Assembly (NCBI RefSeq): GCF_006345805.1
Contig: NW_021823730.1
Span: forward strand, 1-21,407
DNA: 21,407 bases
Direction: 5' to 3'
From: Octopus sinensis
Lineage: Eukaryota
How positions within the stretch are numbered: the stretch's first letter is position 1; every line of letters begins with the position of its first letter. Shown here one piece after another: positions 19,751-21,407 of this stretch. The notes under the pieces were generated by a model, which ran no database searches, was not told the DNA's origin, and saw only the letters and a program-made list of their open reading frames with translations. The position numbers were made by a program, and so were the translations under genes.

Positions 19751-20586
19751 GACGATAACACTTTATATAATCAGCAGCTGTCCAAAAATGTCCGAAAATG
19801 AGAAGCAGAGATCACATGATGTCAAAATTTACACTCAAGACAATATTTTTGTTTGCCGATTCGGTGTATCTAAAATGAAAATAACTTGTCTGTTAAAAAG
19901 TGTTGCATTTTTTTTTTATTATACAATATATGTTTTTTAACATTTGAAAATGTTAGAATATTTTCACCAACCGTGTTAGCATTAGGTTATTTGGACATAT
20001 TTATTTCATATTCTCCTCACTGTCAGGTATATGAAGAATCCACATGTGTTCATATGTATGCTACGCGATATGAATAATGTTTCAATGAGGAGAAAAAATT
20101 GAAGGGGGAAGGAAAAAAAAGGAAGAAATAATTGACTCACATGCAAAAGGCAGAGAAAATAACAATATGTCGTAGAGGTTATTAAGTATTTGTGATGGAA
20201 ATTAATATGGTGGTTTAAAGCGTTGAAAAAAGAAAAACAAAAAAGAAAACAAGAAATGAAAATGCAAAAATAAATTTATGAGAAATAAATGCAAAGAATG
20301 TTACGTATAAAGAGAAATGCAGCATTTTAATGTGAAGTGGTTTCCTCGGTTTGTTATTCTAAGCATTTAGAGTAATGGAGAAAGAGCGTGGAAACATGGT
20401 GCATATATTTAACCCACTGTATATGTTAGGAAATGAATCGATATGGATTTGGTTCACTTCGGTGTCTTTGGATGCGTTTCAGTTTCATAATAAATTAGGC
20501 ATTTAGGCATCTACGAAACTTAGTAATTGGCTTTCATCGAAAATGTGCATTTGATTGCCTAGAACATATAGTACATGATAGGCGTT

Positions 20587-20702
20587 TTTTCTTTCTTTCT
20601 TTCCTTCTGTCTTTCTTTCTTTCTTTCTTTCTTTCTTCTTTCTTTCTTTCTTTCTTTCTTTCTTTTTTCTTTCTTTCTTTTTATTTTTTCTTTTCTTCTT
20701 TT
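20587..20702. repeat. (CTTT)n microsatellite
   Basis: Direct run. Confidence 0.95.
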
Positions 20703-21149
20703 CTAACTTCGTATTTTCACTTTCTATAATAACGCCAGTATTTTGACATTACGCAGTGCAGTTCAGCTCAGACATAACGCAAGATCAGCCAACGAGGGAG
20801 GCTTTCGAACTGTCACTCGACCGGCCAGCAATATTAGTTAATATCTTGACTGCATTGGAGTGGTTCTTAAAATCATACTTCAATGGTTTAGAAAGAAAAG
20901 GAAGAAAGAAAGAAAGAAGATAGAAAGAACGTATTACATAATGTTTGACCAAGATAGGAAAGCCTTAAAATAAAGTTGAGAGGGTAAAAGAAGGAATGCT
21001 TTTGGTTATTGATCAGATAGTTGAACATCAAACTAGAGCTAAACAACAGCACATTACACGGTGTAACTGAAATAAGTTGTAGCCACGATTTAAACACATA
21101 CAAATACATAACCGCACAAACACAATAAACACAGCCATACATACTCAAA

Positions 21150-21407
21150 TGATACACACACACACACGCATTTACACACATACATACATACATGTTTTCA
21201 TACATGCATACATACATTCATATACATATACATATACGTGTGCATGCATACATAGACACATACATTCATATATGCATAAATCTATTCATACATACATGCA
21301 TTTATACATACATACATACAAACATACATACTTAATACATACATACATACATACATACACACATATATACATACATACATACATACATACTTAATACATA
21401 CATACAT
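21150..21407. repeat. (ATAC)n simple repeat running off the window end
   Basis: Direct run. Confidence 0.95.

Noticed and set aside
20770-20870. Possible diverged relative of the 18490 hairpin arm on the minus strand
   Set aside because: Alignment within the window is too weak to support.

Overview
AT-rich, repeat-saturated eukaryotic DNA (intron or intergenic) with no intact protein-coding gene; nearly all ORF-track entries are microsatellite translations. The SINE families and the abundance of (AAT)n, (GATA)n and (TGTA)n look like an octopus/cephalopod genome (recognised from memory, not verified). Contents: about 13 tRNA-derived SINE copies or fragments from about 5 families; decayed 3' ends of non-LTR retrotransposons (RTE-like, R4/Dong-like RLE type, Tx1-like); a decayed pogo DD35D transposase; a non-autonomous Helitron plus a Helitron helicase fragment; two decayed reading frames I cannot assign, one present twice; and three long hairpins. 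The most notable structure is at 10190-10838: a tRNA-headed short element whose tail holds a minimal type I hammerhead ribozyme of the kind known from Penelope-like elements. The tail is also present as an inverted copy, and the whole unit is flanked by a 12-bp direct repeat. Second is a Tx1-like element with (GATA)n on both sides.
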